This document shows, piece by piece, positions 25,651-39,779 of a DNA stretch of 64,000 nucleotides. Within the stretch, counting starts at the first letter, position 1, and each line of letters begins with the position of its first letter. Origin of the DNA: Antedon mediterranea. Its lineage: Eukaryota > Animalia > Echinodermata. The notes below the pieces were generated by a model, which was not told the DNA's origin, ran no database searches, and saw only the letters and a program-made list of their open reading frames with translations. The stretch spans positions 21,018,001 to 21,082,000 of the forward strand of contig NC_092671.1 in NCBI RefSeq assembly GCF_964355755.1, read 5' to 3'. A program made the translations under genes and the position numbers.

Positions 25651-26699
25651 GGCCGCTGTCGGCGACAATAATTTATTTTAGAAATACCAAAGTCAATCAT
25701 TCAACGTAAGTCAAAAACATATTCAGTGATGCGTCACGTGACGGTGATTAACACTGTAAACAAGCTTAATAATAGACGATTTTCGTTCGTTCAGCCGTGA
25801 CCAGCCAAGCGTAAACAACTTCTGAACGGAGGGTCGTGTATGAGAAAACGAATTACTGTAAAATGTTCTTAAAAGATTGGCCTACATAACTGTATGATTG
25901 AAAAAAATAATTAAACAAAATTTCACCGCCTAAAATCCACCGAAAAAAACACTACGGTGGTGACAAACGCCTACTGTATGCTTTACTCTGGAGTTTTTTA
26001 CAATGGATTTTAAGTGGTGAAAACAATTTGTTTAATTTAAGAACATTTTCCATTAATTTTTTTATCTTGTATGGCCCTCTGCTGTTAATGAGGAACGATT
26101 CTTCAATTAACATGGTGTCCAGAAAACACTGTTAAAATGTTATTTCTGTTGGTGGCTACTATTGAAAATATTAGGGGCAACACATTATTTACACACAATA
26201 CAGAGGCATTATAGTAGTAAAAGGATTCTCATCTAAAATGTTAAGGGTTTTCATCGAAGACATTAACGCGGAAAACGTACAATACAGTAATTGATCGATT
26301 ATTTGATTGAACCGTCCGCCGACTGGGCGCTCAAAGGAACAGAATAATGGCCTGACTGATGACTCGGAATTAACAATTATTCATTTTGATGTAAAGCACG
26401 AAGATATATATGTTCTCAATATAATCATAATATAATTAAATGTTTATGCGCCGATTTAATAAATTCCGCCTTTCATGTGTGTACTCCTAATTTTTAACAG
26501 TTTACCTTTTAAAAAAGGTAAACTGTGTGAGTGTTTGTGTGAGAGGAAATTGTACTGATAGAATCAGTAGAATATTTAATACTATGATTAGGACAATACA
26601 TTTTGATTAGAAATTTTTTTTCTTTCCAGGACAAATTCAACTTCAAATGAGAGGTGTATACATAGCTACGATAGGCCTATGGTTTAAGTACGAATGAAT

Positions 26700-27494
26700 A
26701 GGTGTCATATTGGCTGATAATTAAAATATCTAATTTTGATCTGCGGGCCCCCAGCCTTCTTTTTCCTCTTACCATCCCAGCCACAATTAACAAACCTTAA
26801 CAACTCTGGACCTGGACAGTTCAAATTTAGTTACTTTTCCTAGTACAATTCCAATCATATACTTCATTACGCCAGACAAATTATGTTAGCCATCACTCCC
26901 AACCCATAATCCCTCAGTGGCAGTTTTCAAATGTAGTACATTTCCAGTATTGTTTCAGTAATGGTGATAGGCCTACATCCCCACCCCAAACTCTCATCCC
27001 CTTCCCAGGGATAATTAAAATACTTAAACAATTTCTTACCACATTTGATAACCTACTACACCTAGCCTAAGGAAAATCCCCACTATCCCCTGAACCCCAA
27101 CTTTCACACCCTATCTCCCAACCCTTCTCTCCCACCAATTCCCCCTCTCCCACCAATACCCCTCCCTCACCAATTCCCCTCCCCCTTTTTGAAATGTAAT
27201 TTAAAACCTTCCCGGTACAATTGCGATCATTTTGATAACCCATATGTATGGTTACGTGCAGAAACAGAAATTTGTATAACGAACAAACATCGAAAGTGGG
27301 GAAAAGTGGACCATTTTGACCACATTTTAGCCCCTAACTTGGATCCTAGATGGCGGATGATGTTCAAATGTAGTTTAGAACCTTCCCGGTAAAATTGAGG
27401 GCATTTTGATGCCCCATATGTAAGGTTACGTGCAGTAACAAAAATTTGTATAATGAACAAACAGACAAACAAACTATCTCACTTATAATATAGA
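26700..27494 (-). mobile_element. Non-autonomous Helitron 5' fragment with ~180-bp tandem duplication
   Basis: The minus strand begins A|TCTATATTATAAG (Helitron-type 5' TC end). Duplicated block at 27190-27290 and 27365-27460. Confidence 0.5.
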
Positions 27495-28363
27495 TAAACC
27501 AAAAGTCATTTTGTATTAACACTTAGTGAAAATTTAAGTCATATCAAGGGCAAACTTTCTATGGATTAAAAATGGCATGTTTCACAAGAAGTTGCGCGCA
27601 CGCGCATTTAAATTTCAAAATGCGCAAAATTAATTTCTAATCAACTTTCTACACTGATCATGGCAATTTGTAAAATGTAACGCGCGCAAAAAAATTTAAG
27701 CGTAAGGTGCGCACGGAGCATACAAATCATGTGTTTTTCTCTTTTATTATAATTTTACAGCCTTTCCTAGTCATTTTAAAAAAGATTGACATCATTTCAA
27801 ATTTAAATGACGTCATACGACATGTTGATTTAGACCATTTGCGCGCGTTTTAGTTGAAAAAGTTATAAAATATTGTCAAAATAATCCCACTTTTGAGTCT
27901 ATTATAGCTCTTCAGGATCAAAGGTGACCCCCTAACATCTCGGATGTTATGACGTCATCGTATGGCCACACGAATGTAAAATATAGGATTTTGTCTCTTT
28001 CGTTATTGCTCATCACATTCAACAGAGCGCATCTCGCTTATACGTATTCCATTTTCCCCAAGATTTTAATATTGTCTACGTCAATCAACTATCTTTCACA
28101 TTAAGTTAAATATTTTAAATTTTATGACGTCATGTCTAAAAATGTAAATAACGTGGGTCACTTATTTTCATCTTTACAGTAAATTTCAATCTGTTATAGC
28201 TTGTCAGAATAAAAAGTGATAATCATAATTAAAACGTTTTCTGGAAGCTATTGGATTGTAGATACGAATTCAACGAGCGCATCTCTCTTTTAGCTCCCAA
28301 AATTCTTCAAATTTGTATTAATGGAATTATTTAGATAATTATCTTCTAAAATTGTTTTCTTTA

Positions 28364-31300
28364 CAGTGTTCTCCCCAGGATTCAGATCAAGCGTCACGCT
28401 TCCGCCCACCGCATTCCGACACTAAGTACTTGAGTCACAGCCTCACAATGTTGGGGCGAAGCGATTTTTGGTAATTTACACCCTAGATGGCCGGAAATGG
28501 TACTCTCGCATATAACATTTATGTTGAATGACACCACTAGTTTGGCCGGAAATAACACTTATAGCGCGCTAGCAAACAGCAAAACGATCGTTGCCTACTT
28601 TTTCCGCCAGTAAACATACGCGATAAGAAACATTTTTTGCGTTCATTACGAACATCGAGGGGGAAGTCATCAATGAAAAAAAATAGGCCTAAGCCTACTC
28701 ATAAGTAGGACAACTCTAGTTGGCCGGAAACAAAACTTTATAGCGTACCAGCAAACAGTAGAACCATCGTAGCCTACTTTTTCCGCCAGTAAACATACGT
28801 GAAAAAACTAGGACAACTCTGTAATTGGTCGGAAAGGACACTTTATAGCCCGCTAGCAAACAGCACGATTGCAGCCTACTTTTTCCGCCGGTAAACATAC
28901 GCGATAAGAAACATTTTTTGCGTTCATTAGGAACGTCAAGGGGAATTCCCCGATAAATAAAGACAAATCTGTAGTTGGCCGGAAAGGACACTTCATATCG
29001 CGCTAGCAAACATCCCAATCGTAGCCTACTTTTTCATAAACATACGCGATAAATGAAAAAAAAAAATATGCCTACTATACTCGCTTCATAGCGCGTTAGC
29101 AAACATTAAAAGGGTGTGTAGAAAGCGACGACCTCGAATTGGACGACCCAACGACCCGGGCGACCTCGAATTGAACGACCCATAACACAAAACCGACGAC
29201 CCCTATAGCCTAGCCTAGCCTAGGCCTAAGTGTGGTATAACATCCCGAAGCCGAACATAGCCAAAGATCTTTAAACTATACCTTATTATATAATACTCGC
29301 AAGCAAGCAATTGATTGAAAAAATACAGAAATATCGCCATTTGATACTGATTGTGTCGACACGAACAAACGAAAAGATATGGAACGCCAAGAGTGCATCA
29401 TTAAAACTGCATTCGACATATTAAAAATAAATTAAAAAGAAATAAATATTATACAATACATGGTTAAACCATGGACGTATAATTACATCTCGTCTTCTTA
29501 TAACGAACACTATAGGCCTACCAAGCAGCGTAACATGTGCATGGGGGGATATGACCGGTTGGGCCGCCGACAAGTTGAGCCGCCGGTAATTTCTATGAAA
29601 CGGCCAGTGCGTCTTTTACGAAATTTCGCGTAGTGATAGAGTGGTGTCCTAGTAGGCCCTACATAAGTTCATGGTCTTTAGGTTTATTGTGTCATGAAAA
29701 TAAATAATAATTACATACTACAATTTTGTTGGTTTGAAACAGCAAAGGAAAGTAGTCATATTTAATAATTTAATTGTTTTTAATCTTTCAAGGTAAAAAT
29801 GCAGTGCACTCCATAATATTTTCTCGCGTGTATGCCTACACGTAAAATCACGTTGTCTCTCAGGACTAATAGAGTATTGATATTCTTCGAATGAGGTTAA
29901 ATAATAATTATTTTTTATTTACTATCTTTTATTATCATATTTTATTGAATTTTACAATGTTAATACACAAAATATTTTACAAAAAAACGGTGATTTTATG
30001 CAATTATTTTACTTCAACTGCCGCCTGAGGGGGCAACATGTTTACGTCATTTTTGGCTAAAAACGATCATTTTCGGTCATGTTTTAGGCCTTATATTTTG
30101 GAATATACAAGTCAGATATTCATAATTATTTCTCTTTAATTATAATATTTAATAATATATACTAAAAACCGTGATATATAAACTTTGGAATATACATCGT
30201 TATATCTAATAATTAATATAAATAGAACTTCTATTAAATAGAAACGAGCACCGGCGAAAGTAAGCATTTGGCGTTTCATAGAAAATAGTTTTTCTGGCCG
30301 CGCCTCAACTTGTCGGCGGTTCAACTTGGCCTAATCCTGCATGGGGAGGGCCATAAGAAGCTTTACATTTCACACATGCATTGTATACGGTCAAACCATG
30401 GAGGTATAAAAATATTTTTACCAAACCATGGAGCTGGTCAATATACCTCCATGGTCAAACCTTACCTGCCGCTGAAAAAGGGGCCTGGTTTGCCATGTTT
30501 ATGATATTTCGTGTGCTAATCGAGTCGAATGCAGTTTTAATGATGCACTCTTGGCGTTCCATATCTGTTCGTTTGTTCGTGTCGACACATTCAGTATCAA
30601 ATGGCGATATTTCTGTATTTTTTCAATCAATTGCTTGCTTGCGAGTATTATATAAGGTATGGTTTAAAGATCTTTGGTTATGTTCGGCTTCGGGATGTTA
30701 TACCATACTTAGGCCTAGGCTAGGCTAGGCTATTATAGGGGTCGTCGGTTTCGTGTTATGGGTCGTCCAATTCTAGGTCGTCCAATTCGAGGTCGCCCGG
30801 GTCGTTGGGGTCGTCCAATTCGAGGTCGTCGCTTTCTACACACCCAACATTAAAACGATCGTAGCCTACTTTTTTTACATACGCGATCAAAATTTTTTTT
30901 TGCGTTCAATACAAACATCAGGGGGAAGTCCCAATGAAATAAAACTAGGCCTACTAATTAGTAATACACCTAGTTGTCCGGAAATAAGACTTCATAGCGC
31001 ACTAGCAAATAGGAAAACTATTGTAGCCTTTTTGAATGTATTAGGCCTATACGATCAAAGCAGCTAGCATTGAATTGCAGCTAGAAATTCAATCGTGCCT
31101 TTGTCATTTGATGATGTGCGTATCTTACCGACGAAAGAGTAAATCCCACCGATCCATAAAGAGTCGAATAATTCAGTGTGATATTGAAAATATCATTGAT
31201 ATTTATTTTTTAATACACATAACATTTTTACAAGAAAAACAATACAATCCATCATTGTTTTAACTGAAAACTTTATTTACAATATACAAGTTACCACATT

Positions 31301-31990
31301 TTAGACGATTCAGACAACAGCCAATACTAGAGATCAAAAGAGAGACATGGCAATAACAAAACACGTGTTTACATCTCGTCGATTTTTTACGTATATATTT
31401 ATAGATTTTAAAAGTGCATGATTTGACAGGCTGAGACGCCGCTTTAGCCACGCGAACAACAATTTGTACATCGGTGCTAGAATGTCGATTAATTCAGTGT
31501 GATATTGAAAATATCATTGATATTTATTTTTGAATACACATAACATTTTTACAAGAAAAACAATACAATCAATCATTATTTTAACTGAAAACTTTATTTA
31601 CAAATACAAGTTACCACATTTTAGACGATTCAGACCACATCCAATACTAGAGATCGAAAGAGAGACATGGCAGTAACAAAACATGTGTTTACATCTCTCG
31701 GCGGCGGCCGGTGAAAGCGAGTTTCAGTTGTTAACACTTTGTTACGCAGTCTTTTGTTTCTTTGGCTTGTATCGTCTAGTGGTCGTGTCACATGTCTCGT
31801 ATGCATTAGGCTCTTTATGCATGCCGCGCCTCAGCTCTAAAGTACCTGCCTGTTGATCTATTTTTAGATTGTTTGTGGTTGATATTTTTAAGCGTCACGG
31901 ATAAGGTTTTAAGCGTCACGGCCGACCGTAAAGCGTCACGGTAGAGAACCCAAGCATCACGGTCGCTTCAAAGGCCTGGGGAGAACACTG
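28364..31990. mobile_element. hAT-like non-autonomous element with 5-bp TSD
   Basis: Perfect 16-bp TIR CAGTGTTCTCCCCAGG, TSD CTTTA (28359-63, 31991-95), subterminal AAGCGTCACG repeats, and internal tandem duplications (28530-29100; 31160-31380 and 31485-31697). Confidence 0.9.
29112..30845. mobile_element. Mutator-like (MULE/foldback) element with ~300-bp TIRs
   Basis: GGGTGTGTAGAAAGCGACGACC... arms at 29112-29417 and 30524-30845, with 10-bp TSD AACATTAAAA. Nested in 28364-31990. Confidence 0.92.
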
Positions 31991-32261
31991 CTTTATATGT
32001 CAATTTGATGACGTCATCGTGTGAATAATTGGATTTAAAAGATGGGTCTTGTAATTTCGTCTATGCTGCACTGTATATAACAGTGTATTCTGTAAACACT
32101 GTAATGTGCTGTATGCTACAAATTAGGTACAATTCAGCACTGTAAACATACTTAATTTATGTCATAGGATGGCATAATAATTGTTGAAGCTCATATAGTT
32201 TAAAGTATGTTGCGTTTGCGCGGATAACCCGAACTCGTCAAGTGACGAGTTTAAATCTACA

Positions 32262-32888
32262 ATATATTTCGGTGTATATGTCGCACCTGTGTATAAGACG
32301 CACCCCCTAACTGAGAGTAAAATATCGGTATTTTTTATATCGTCGATGTATAAGACGCACTTTATATTTCATCAAAACAATGTTTTTTTAAATTGTAATC
32401 AATATTATTGTAATAATATATTTTGTTAAATCTACAACGGCGTCCTTTACTTAGGTTTTTTCTTACCTAGGCTCGGCCGCGCCCAGCCTCAACAAGTTGT
32501 TTCTAACTTGTTATTCATGAGTTTCGCACAGAGTCCATGACCGTGTGTGTAACACGCACGTGTGTGGGCTAGCCTCGCTCGACATCGATCATTTCGAGAG
32601 AGCGCACGTTTTCACAGACAATCGTATTCGATTAGTATCTATGTAGCCGAGAAGTGTGTACGCTAGGTCCATGCTATAATCACCTGGAGAATATACTAGT
32701 CGAATACCGTACACCATGTGGCCGCCAAGAAGGGTTTGCGCTGGGGGTACGGCGATCGGCGATTGTGCGTATAAAAATAAATACTATTCCAATCGTAAAC
32801 GTTTACAAATGAAATTTTATCGGAGCGCCTAAAACAGCTCCATAATGAACAAATCGTTTCATCATATTTAGTATAACATGACGCTAAC
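32262..32888. mobile_element. Truncated second copy of the pogo-like MITE
   Basis: Highly similar to 4106-4730. Ends at the poly(T) of a Tx1 insertion. Confidence 0.85.
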
Positions 32889-32889
32889 A

Positions 32890-33297
32890 TTTCTTTTTTT
32901 TTTTTTTTTTTTATTTCATCATATAATACATTACAAAGGAAAAACATAATCAAATAAAAAATTTTAATTAAAAGCCAGAAACAAAAACAAGAAAGATATC
33001 CATCTAACAAATTAAATAAAGGTTCATAAAAATTATTCTAATCTCTAACCATTTCATATTTGATTTATAAATTCTTCTAATTTTATCCATTTTCTATTAA
33101 AAATATTGTCCTCAAAATTCTGATGATAAATAAATGTTTCTGTTTCATAAAACCTTTTTAACTCGTTCATAACCATAACCAGATAGTTGGCTTACATTTA
33201 ACTAAATAAAGGATTTTACAATTAGAATAATTTCATTAATGGCTTTTAAATTAAAAAACTGATGCGCATCTTGGTATCCGAAAATTATGCTCTCTTT
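32890..33297 (-). mobile_element. L1/Tx1 LINE 3' end with poly(A)
   Basis: NKESIIFGYQ...NEIILIVKSFI continues the 35700-36870 fragment. T-run at 32890-32912. Confidence 0.7.
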
Positions 33298-35696
33298 ATT
33301 TTTTATTTTTTTTTTTTTATTTCATTTATTTCAATATCATTATCGCAGCCTTAGCTGAATTACAAAGATATTTACATTTGTTCAATATTAAAATTTGTAA
33401 AAAAGTATAAAACCAATGATAAAAAAATATAAAAAAGGAGGAAATTTACACAAGAAATACAATACAGGAACATTCAAAAAGTTTAGCTTAAAATATTAAA
33501 ATAGAAAAAAAAAACACCTAAAAGCATCAATAAAAATCGCAAAGCTGTACTGGGTGATATATACAGATTATTCATTTAGAAGCGAGATAAGGTATGGAAT
33601 TGCACTTTTTCTATATCTTTCAACTCTGCATTTGGGTTGTTGATACTTTACACGTCTTAGTTTCATGTTACTTACATTCTTCACTGGAAACCATTTTCCA
33701 AAATGAATACTTTTTGAACAATTCAGAGCAAACTTATAGCATAGATTACGCCTTCTATCAGATAAAGTGTCTAAAGAAAGATCATTGAGTGCTTGGTCAT
33801 AACATATGTAGTCATTACACAATATTATTCTGCAAGCCCTTTTTTGGACAGATTCTATCATATAACTTTGTTTCTTAGTGAGACTAGAATGCCATACTGG
33901 GACAGCATATTCAACACTTGGTCTTATGTAACTCTTAAATACATCTACAAGATCAAATTTCGGAAGATTGAACTTTCTTAATCTACATAATATATGCAGA
34001 CGTCTGCTGGCTTTGGATACAATTTCTTTAACATTACGGTCCCATTTGAGGTTAGCTTGAATCCATAAACCTAGTAACTTAGTTTCATTAACGATTTCAA
34101 TTGTAGCATTACCAATGAAAAGGGGTTCATGTTCATATTGATTTCTTTGAAAGTTAAAATACATAGTTTTACATTTAGTTGGGTTAAGTTTTAGTTTGTT
34201 TTCATTAGACCATACATTCAGTAAAGCAACATCATTCTGAATTGAGGAAATTACATCCTTTTTTACTATCTGTCCTATGCACAAATCATCTACATATTTC
34301 CAAGTTTTACATGGCGAGTCTTGCATGGCATCATTAATTAGAGCAAGAAAGATCATAGGCCCAAGGAGCGTACCTTGAGGGACGCCACATGTTAGATTAA
34401 CACTCATTGATAAGGTGGATTTATAGCGTACTTGTTGGGTTCTGTTTGATAAAAAGCTAATTAACCACGGTACAATTTCAGGTCTACAACCAAGTGTTAC
34501 TAATTTAGAAACTGCTATTGTGTGGTCAACACAATCGAATGCTTTACTAAAGTCAGTTAAAACTAACTGACCAACAGATTTGGGAATGTTACTACCTTCA
34601 TAGAACACATTTAGTAGATCAACCAAATTATGGGTTGTAGAAAAGTGTTTACGGCAACCATATTGGTTGTTATCAAGATTTTTCTCGATATCTGTTAAGA
34701 GCCATTTTTTAATGAAGCCCTCAGCTACCTTAGCTAGGATACATGTAAGTGAGATTGGTCGAAATTTGTCAACCCTAGTACAACCATTTTCTTTGGGAAC
34801 CGGAGTAACAATAGCATCCTTCCACATAGTTGGGACATGACCCTCACTGAGGGAGGCATTTAAGATATTAGTCATAGGGATGCTTAGTTCACATGCAAAA
34901 TCTCTTATTAATCTGTTAGGCACATTATCAGGGCCCGGGGACTTATTTACTTTAACTTTTCTTAATTGATTGTACATTTCCCATTCTTTTACATTAGGGG
35001 GTTTATTAGCAGGTAAATACGTAGGGAGCTTACATAAATCAATACTAGGTCTGCTTTGGGAAGTTATAGCAAAATGGTTGTTTACAAAATTACTTATACC
35101 ATGATAGTCATCCTGCGGAATATCCTCAACACTAATAAGTGGTTGGGGTTTAGTTTTATTAGCTAACATCTGCACGCCTTGGTGCCATTTATGGGGATTA
35201 GTGACTTTTAAGTTTAATAAACGTTCATTGTAAAAGTTCATTTTGTCTTTCTTGATCACTTTTTGTACCTTATTCCTATAGAATTTCCATTCCAGCGATT
35301 TACCATGATTAGTAAAAGCGTGTTGACGTTTCATTATAAGATCCTTTGCTTGTTGTGAAATCCATGGCTTATCAGTTGGATGTATCTTAATGGATTTAAC
35401 CGGGAAGAAAGTGTTCATAGCAGAAGTCAATGACAGATAAAATGATTGCGTTTTCTGTTCAGTAGTACTCACGTTAATAACCTCGTTCCAGTCATGGGTA
35501 GTTATCCAACGGCCAAATTCTTCAACACTTTTCGCTTTCATTGGTCTGATTACACGCTTTTCGATTTTGTTGCTATTCGTCCTTGTAGTTGCTGACAACA
35601 GAACACAATTATGATCGCTAGCACCCATCGGCGACACAATTCGGGGATCGCAATAATACTGCTTCAGATTGGTGGCTATAATATCTAGTATTGCTT
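33298..35696 (-). mobile_element. 5'-truncated CR1-group LINE with an uninterrupted 689-aa RT ORF (35637-33568)
   Basis: SDH end of APE, KSPGPD, FRPISLT, DFSKAFD, GVPQGTLLGP, YVDD, ESVQKRACRII, and an A-rich tail. Inserted into the Tx1 element. Confidence 0.93.
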
Positions 35697-36868
35697 ACTA
35701 AAAATAAATTGCACTCCAGTTTTTTCTGAAATTTTTTCCTGGAGGAGGTTCCATATCCTTTTTGCTATTGGACAATTACAGAACAAATGCTGAATGGTTT
35801 CAATTTTACCATCTCCAAATGAGCACATTGAAGTTTCTTTTATATTCATTTTAAATAATTGTTCATTTGTTGCAATTATTCTATTTACAATTTTATATTT
35901 GAAAATATATTAAAACAATATTCATTGTACACGTATGTGGAGCTATAGGTAGATTGTTTTCCATTGTTCGTTATTGAATACAAATTTATTTTCTGCCCAT
36001 TTCTTTTGTGCTTTCCATGATTTAAACATTGAGTTATTTAAAACATCATAAAAAATACGACATCCCTTTCTTTGTTGAAAGAGTACTTTTATATGAAATG
36101 GAATATCTGGCAAAACTGTTTTTTTAATTTCACATATCATTAAATTGTTAAATTTTTCCCTAAGAAGCCTTTTTAATCCTATTAATTTTATGTAATTTAT
36201 CTTAATACCATAGGTATCTTCGACTTCTTTTTTATTCATAAATTGCCCATTGCTGTTAAACAAACAAAATTCCTGCTTTTTCCCAATTTCCATATCTTAT
36301 ACATTCGTTGCCTATTCTTATTACTTCATTATTCCAAATTTGTATTCGTAATAGCTCGTCAACAGACTTTGGATAATAAATAGAAATAAAATTGCTCCAT
36401 GCATCTATTACCTCTTTCCAGAAGAGAATTTTAACATTATCTCTAATGCTGGACAGATGTTTACAATTCGTTTCAAGTTGCATAGAGTTAGACAAATTTG
36501 TTATGTACTTAAATAGCTTAAATATTGGGTTGTCTTCGGATTTATTGTTGAAAATTCTGCGCAACCAAGTTATTTTGAATGACATAAAAAAAAGTTTAAA
36601 TCTACCATTCTTAATCCACCATGTCAAGTAATCACTTTTCATCTGATGCCGGTTTATTTTATCAGGTTTGTTTTGCCAAATAAAACGAAAAAATAAATTA
36701 TTAAGACGTACTACGTATTCATTTGATGGGTTCGGTAAGGACATGATCATATGAATGAGTTTAAGTAACAAGAGTGATTTTATAATAGTTATTTTACCAA
36801 TTACTGTCAAGTTTCTTTTAGACCATTGGTTTATCATACGCTCTATCGTTAGAAACACTCTTTCATTA
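35697..36868 (-). mobile_element. L1/Tx1 LINE ORF2 C-terminal region, frameshifted
   Basis: WSKRNLTVIGKITIIKSL, FRFIWQNKPDKI, FWKEVIDAW, IWNN, then a CSFG...TIQHLFCNC zinc knuckle. Confidence 0.85.
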
Positions 36869-38910
36869 TACAACAGAAATACACAAAATGTTAAATACCG
36901 GGATGGTGTCCGGCGGGGGATAGTTTATTACCATTAGTTAAGGTCTAATGTAAAGCACCTAGAGGGGTCAGTGATCCATTAGGCGCTATATAAATACTGC
37001 ATGTTTATTATTATTTTTTTAAAAACACCTTATTTTGACATTTAACCTATAGCATGATACAATCATTTTTGTGTGGAGCACACTTACATTTTTAATAACA
37101 AGTGAATATTGTCTTGCTTAATATCAAAATATCAGTGACTGTTGTGTGAGTATGGTACATACTATGAATACTTTGTATTGGAAGTCCTAAGTAGGTAATT
37201 CTATTAATTTTAATGAATAACATCACAGTTAAATCTCTCATCACCAAGATCATTATTAATATTTAGTATTATAATTAGTGATCTAAACTATATCGCTGTT
37301 TAACAATTTTAAAAAAACCCGGTAAATGAATGACAAATGCTATACAGTATATTTTAAAACGATAGTTGAACAATAAAAACAAATCAAAGTAACCGTAGTA
37401 TGACTATATTATAGATATTGTTTATTTACTTGTCCTCCTTTTTGTTGGAATCACAAAAACTTAAAATAATTTATAACTAATACTAATTAAGAAGCTTACC
37501 ATGTTTGTAATGACATTGCACAGTAAACATCATTCATACTTCTCAGTATATGTGATTTTAATTAAAACTGAAAATTAATAATTTAATTCTAAAGAACTTA
37601 GGTTTGTTTTGTTCAGATTTTCCAATGTTTCGCTCCATTCCAATAAGCTGTTTGATGCAACATACTTAGTTATATTGAATCTTTTTAATACAAATAAACA
37701 GAAATATGTAAATTAGTTGCATAGTAATCTTTATTCACCTAAACCTATATTTAAGATACTAGTTTCAATTAAAATCAAATGCGCACTGATGTAATATGAT
37801 GGTTTACTATGCAATGTTGATACATTTATTTGCCTCTTAGATTATTAGTAAATCCAACAAAAAGGAGGATGACAAATAATAATAACAATAATGTTCTTTA
37901 GGATTATAATAACATAGTCATACTACTGTAGTAACGGTTTTATTTGATTTGTCTTTAGATTTTTATAATTTTAAACACAAGCAAGAAAGAAAGTGGGTAT
38001 AGTTTTAAAGTGAAATATTGCAAGAGTTTAAATTTGGTATTATAGCATAATGATTTGGGTGTGGAGACGGCGTGACTTTCCCTCTCCATAAATTAAAAGT
38101 AGACAGTACAAACAACAACATTATTGTTAAAGAATTGAGAAGTTTGAAACGATTGTACAAACTAAAAGGTCCATGTTTCCATTTCTTACCTCAGCCCCAA
38201 CCGTGATGGGACTGAAGTGGTGCAGAAAACCTCTACCCTTAACCGCCCTACCATTGAAATTGGCTCGACTTATGTGTATAATTCAGATTCAAATATCTTT
38301 TTAAGGTTTTATACAATTGACTCCAAGCTGGAACTTTGATACGATTTTTACATAAATTAATTTCTGGTCAACTATAGCTCCATATTATCAAAATATCCTT
38401 ATTCAATCGGAACACGATGGGGGGCTGAGGTTGAGAACTTCCTCCTAATCGCCACCTCTTCCACTGAAAACCATCATCCACAGATTTTAAATTTAATAGA
38501 CACATACAAATTAATCGTAATTGGTAGGTCTATCAAAGGCTTTCAAATTCAAACCCCTCTATAAAAACTAGTTTACGGGCCTGGAGTAGCCTACAGTATG
38601 GCAACACGTTTCAATTTATCATGTGATACCTGAAAAGAAAGGCTCCACTTTTTCATAACTTGTAATTTTTTTTAAAACATATTCATTCCTAGTATTTCTA
38701 TGATCATTTGCATGATAAGTGGTCATGATTTGTCTTTTGGCACTTGTTCATTAGAGTGATATCAATATGAGTGTATTTTGATATTAAGCAAAGACAACAT
38801 TCGCTAGTTATTAAAAATGTAAGTGTGCTCTACACAAAAATGATTCTACCAGCTATAGGTTAAATGTCAAAATTAGGTGTTTTTTAACATGTTGTGTATT
38901 TCTGTTGTAT
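36868..38910. repeat. Degenerate long inverted repeat (foldback-like)
   Basis: Outer arms 36868-36896 plus 37020-37132 pair with 38773-38909. Inner arms ~37380-37450 pair with ~37850-37950, and ~37230-37255 with ~38046-38070. Confidence 0.65.
36897..37018 (+). mobile_element. L2/SINE-type 3' tail fragment
   Basis: tgtaaagcacctagag...ggcgctatataaat...ttattattatt. It interrupts one arm of the inverted repeat. Confidence 0.6.
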
Positions 38911-39400
38911 TAGAGCAAATATAAATATATGTTTTGCGAGTAATTTGAGACTAAAATTATAACTTTCTGACTAGTGGTTGCTGAGATATTGATATAGCTA
39001 TTTTCTTGACCAATGGTTAAAAATAAAGTTTCATGGTCATTTTTGGCAAAGTTGTCCATTAAAGTGAATAGAAATATGTATCTTCTGAGTATTTTGACAC
39101 CAAGAATTTCTGAGATATGTAAAGATATTTGTGCCGGCTATTATGTAAAAGGTCAAAATTAGGGGTTTATTGACAGTTTTATAATTTTTATTACATTAGA
39201 ACAAATATAAACATACATGTTGCGAGTAATTTGAGACCATAATTATCACTTTCTGACCAGTGGTTGATGAGATATTCATATGGCCAATTTCTTCACCAGT
39301 GGTCAGAAAAGGGGTTTCTGTCCACTTTTGGCAAAAGTTTCCCATTAGAGTGAATAGAAATATGGGTCTTCTGAGTAGTTTGGCACAAAAAATATTCCAA
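38910..39400. repeat. ~286-bp period tandem duplication
   Basis: ttagarcaaatataaa...tgcgagtaatttgagac...cttctgagta occurs at 38910 and 39196. Confidence 0.75.
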
Positions 39401-39532
39401 TACACCTAGTAGTTACCAAGTTACCAACTAATTATTCCTTGCAAGGTAAGGTGTACGCCTAATTAGGCAAGTTTATACATAAGGAGGCCTAGCTACACGA
39501 CCCGGCAGATATTCTACTGGTTGTTGGCTATA

Positions 39533-39731
39533 TAATATAACAGATATAGCCTTTTATATCGGTAAAATATAAGATTTGACATACTCCCGAGAATAATATT
39601 TTTCTAGAGGCAATATATATTTCCCACAGTTTGCGCTTCGAGAAATATATATTCCCTCAAGCAAAATATCATTCCCTCGCGAATGTCAAATCTTATATTT
39701 CACCACTAAGCAGGCAATATCTATGTAATAT
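39533..39731. mobile_element. Short palindromic MITE
   Basis: aaatataagatttgacat (39566) pairs with atgtcaaatcttatattt (39683), plus matching outer arms. Confidence 0.6.
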
Positions 39732-39779
39732 TTAAAATTTACAATAATTATTAATAATATTTTTACCCTTAATTTTTAG

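Larger units (their letters stand above)
27500..32260 (+). mobile_element. Degenerate HINE copy in opposite orientation to the 15.7-22.3 kb array, split by a hAT-like insertion
   Basis: 27500-28270 is reverse-complement homologous to the array units. 32218-32258 has GCGGATAAC + ACTCGTCA-AG-TGACGAGT terminal hairpin. Confidence 0.6.

Noticed and set aside
28362-28380. RSS-heptamer-like ACAGTG with a 5-bp TSD
   Set aside because: The TIR starts at CAGTG, the preceding TA belongs to the TSD, and there is no nonamer. It is better explained as hAT5-like.
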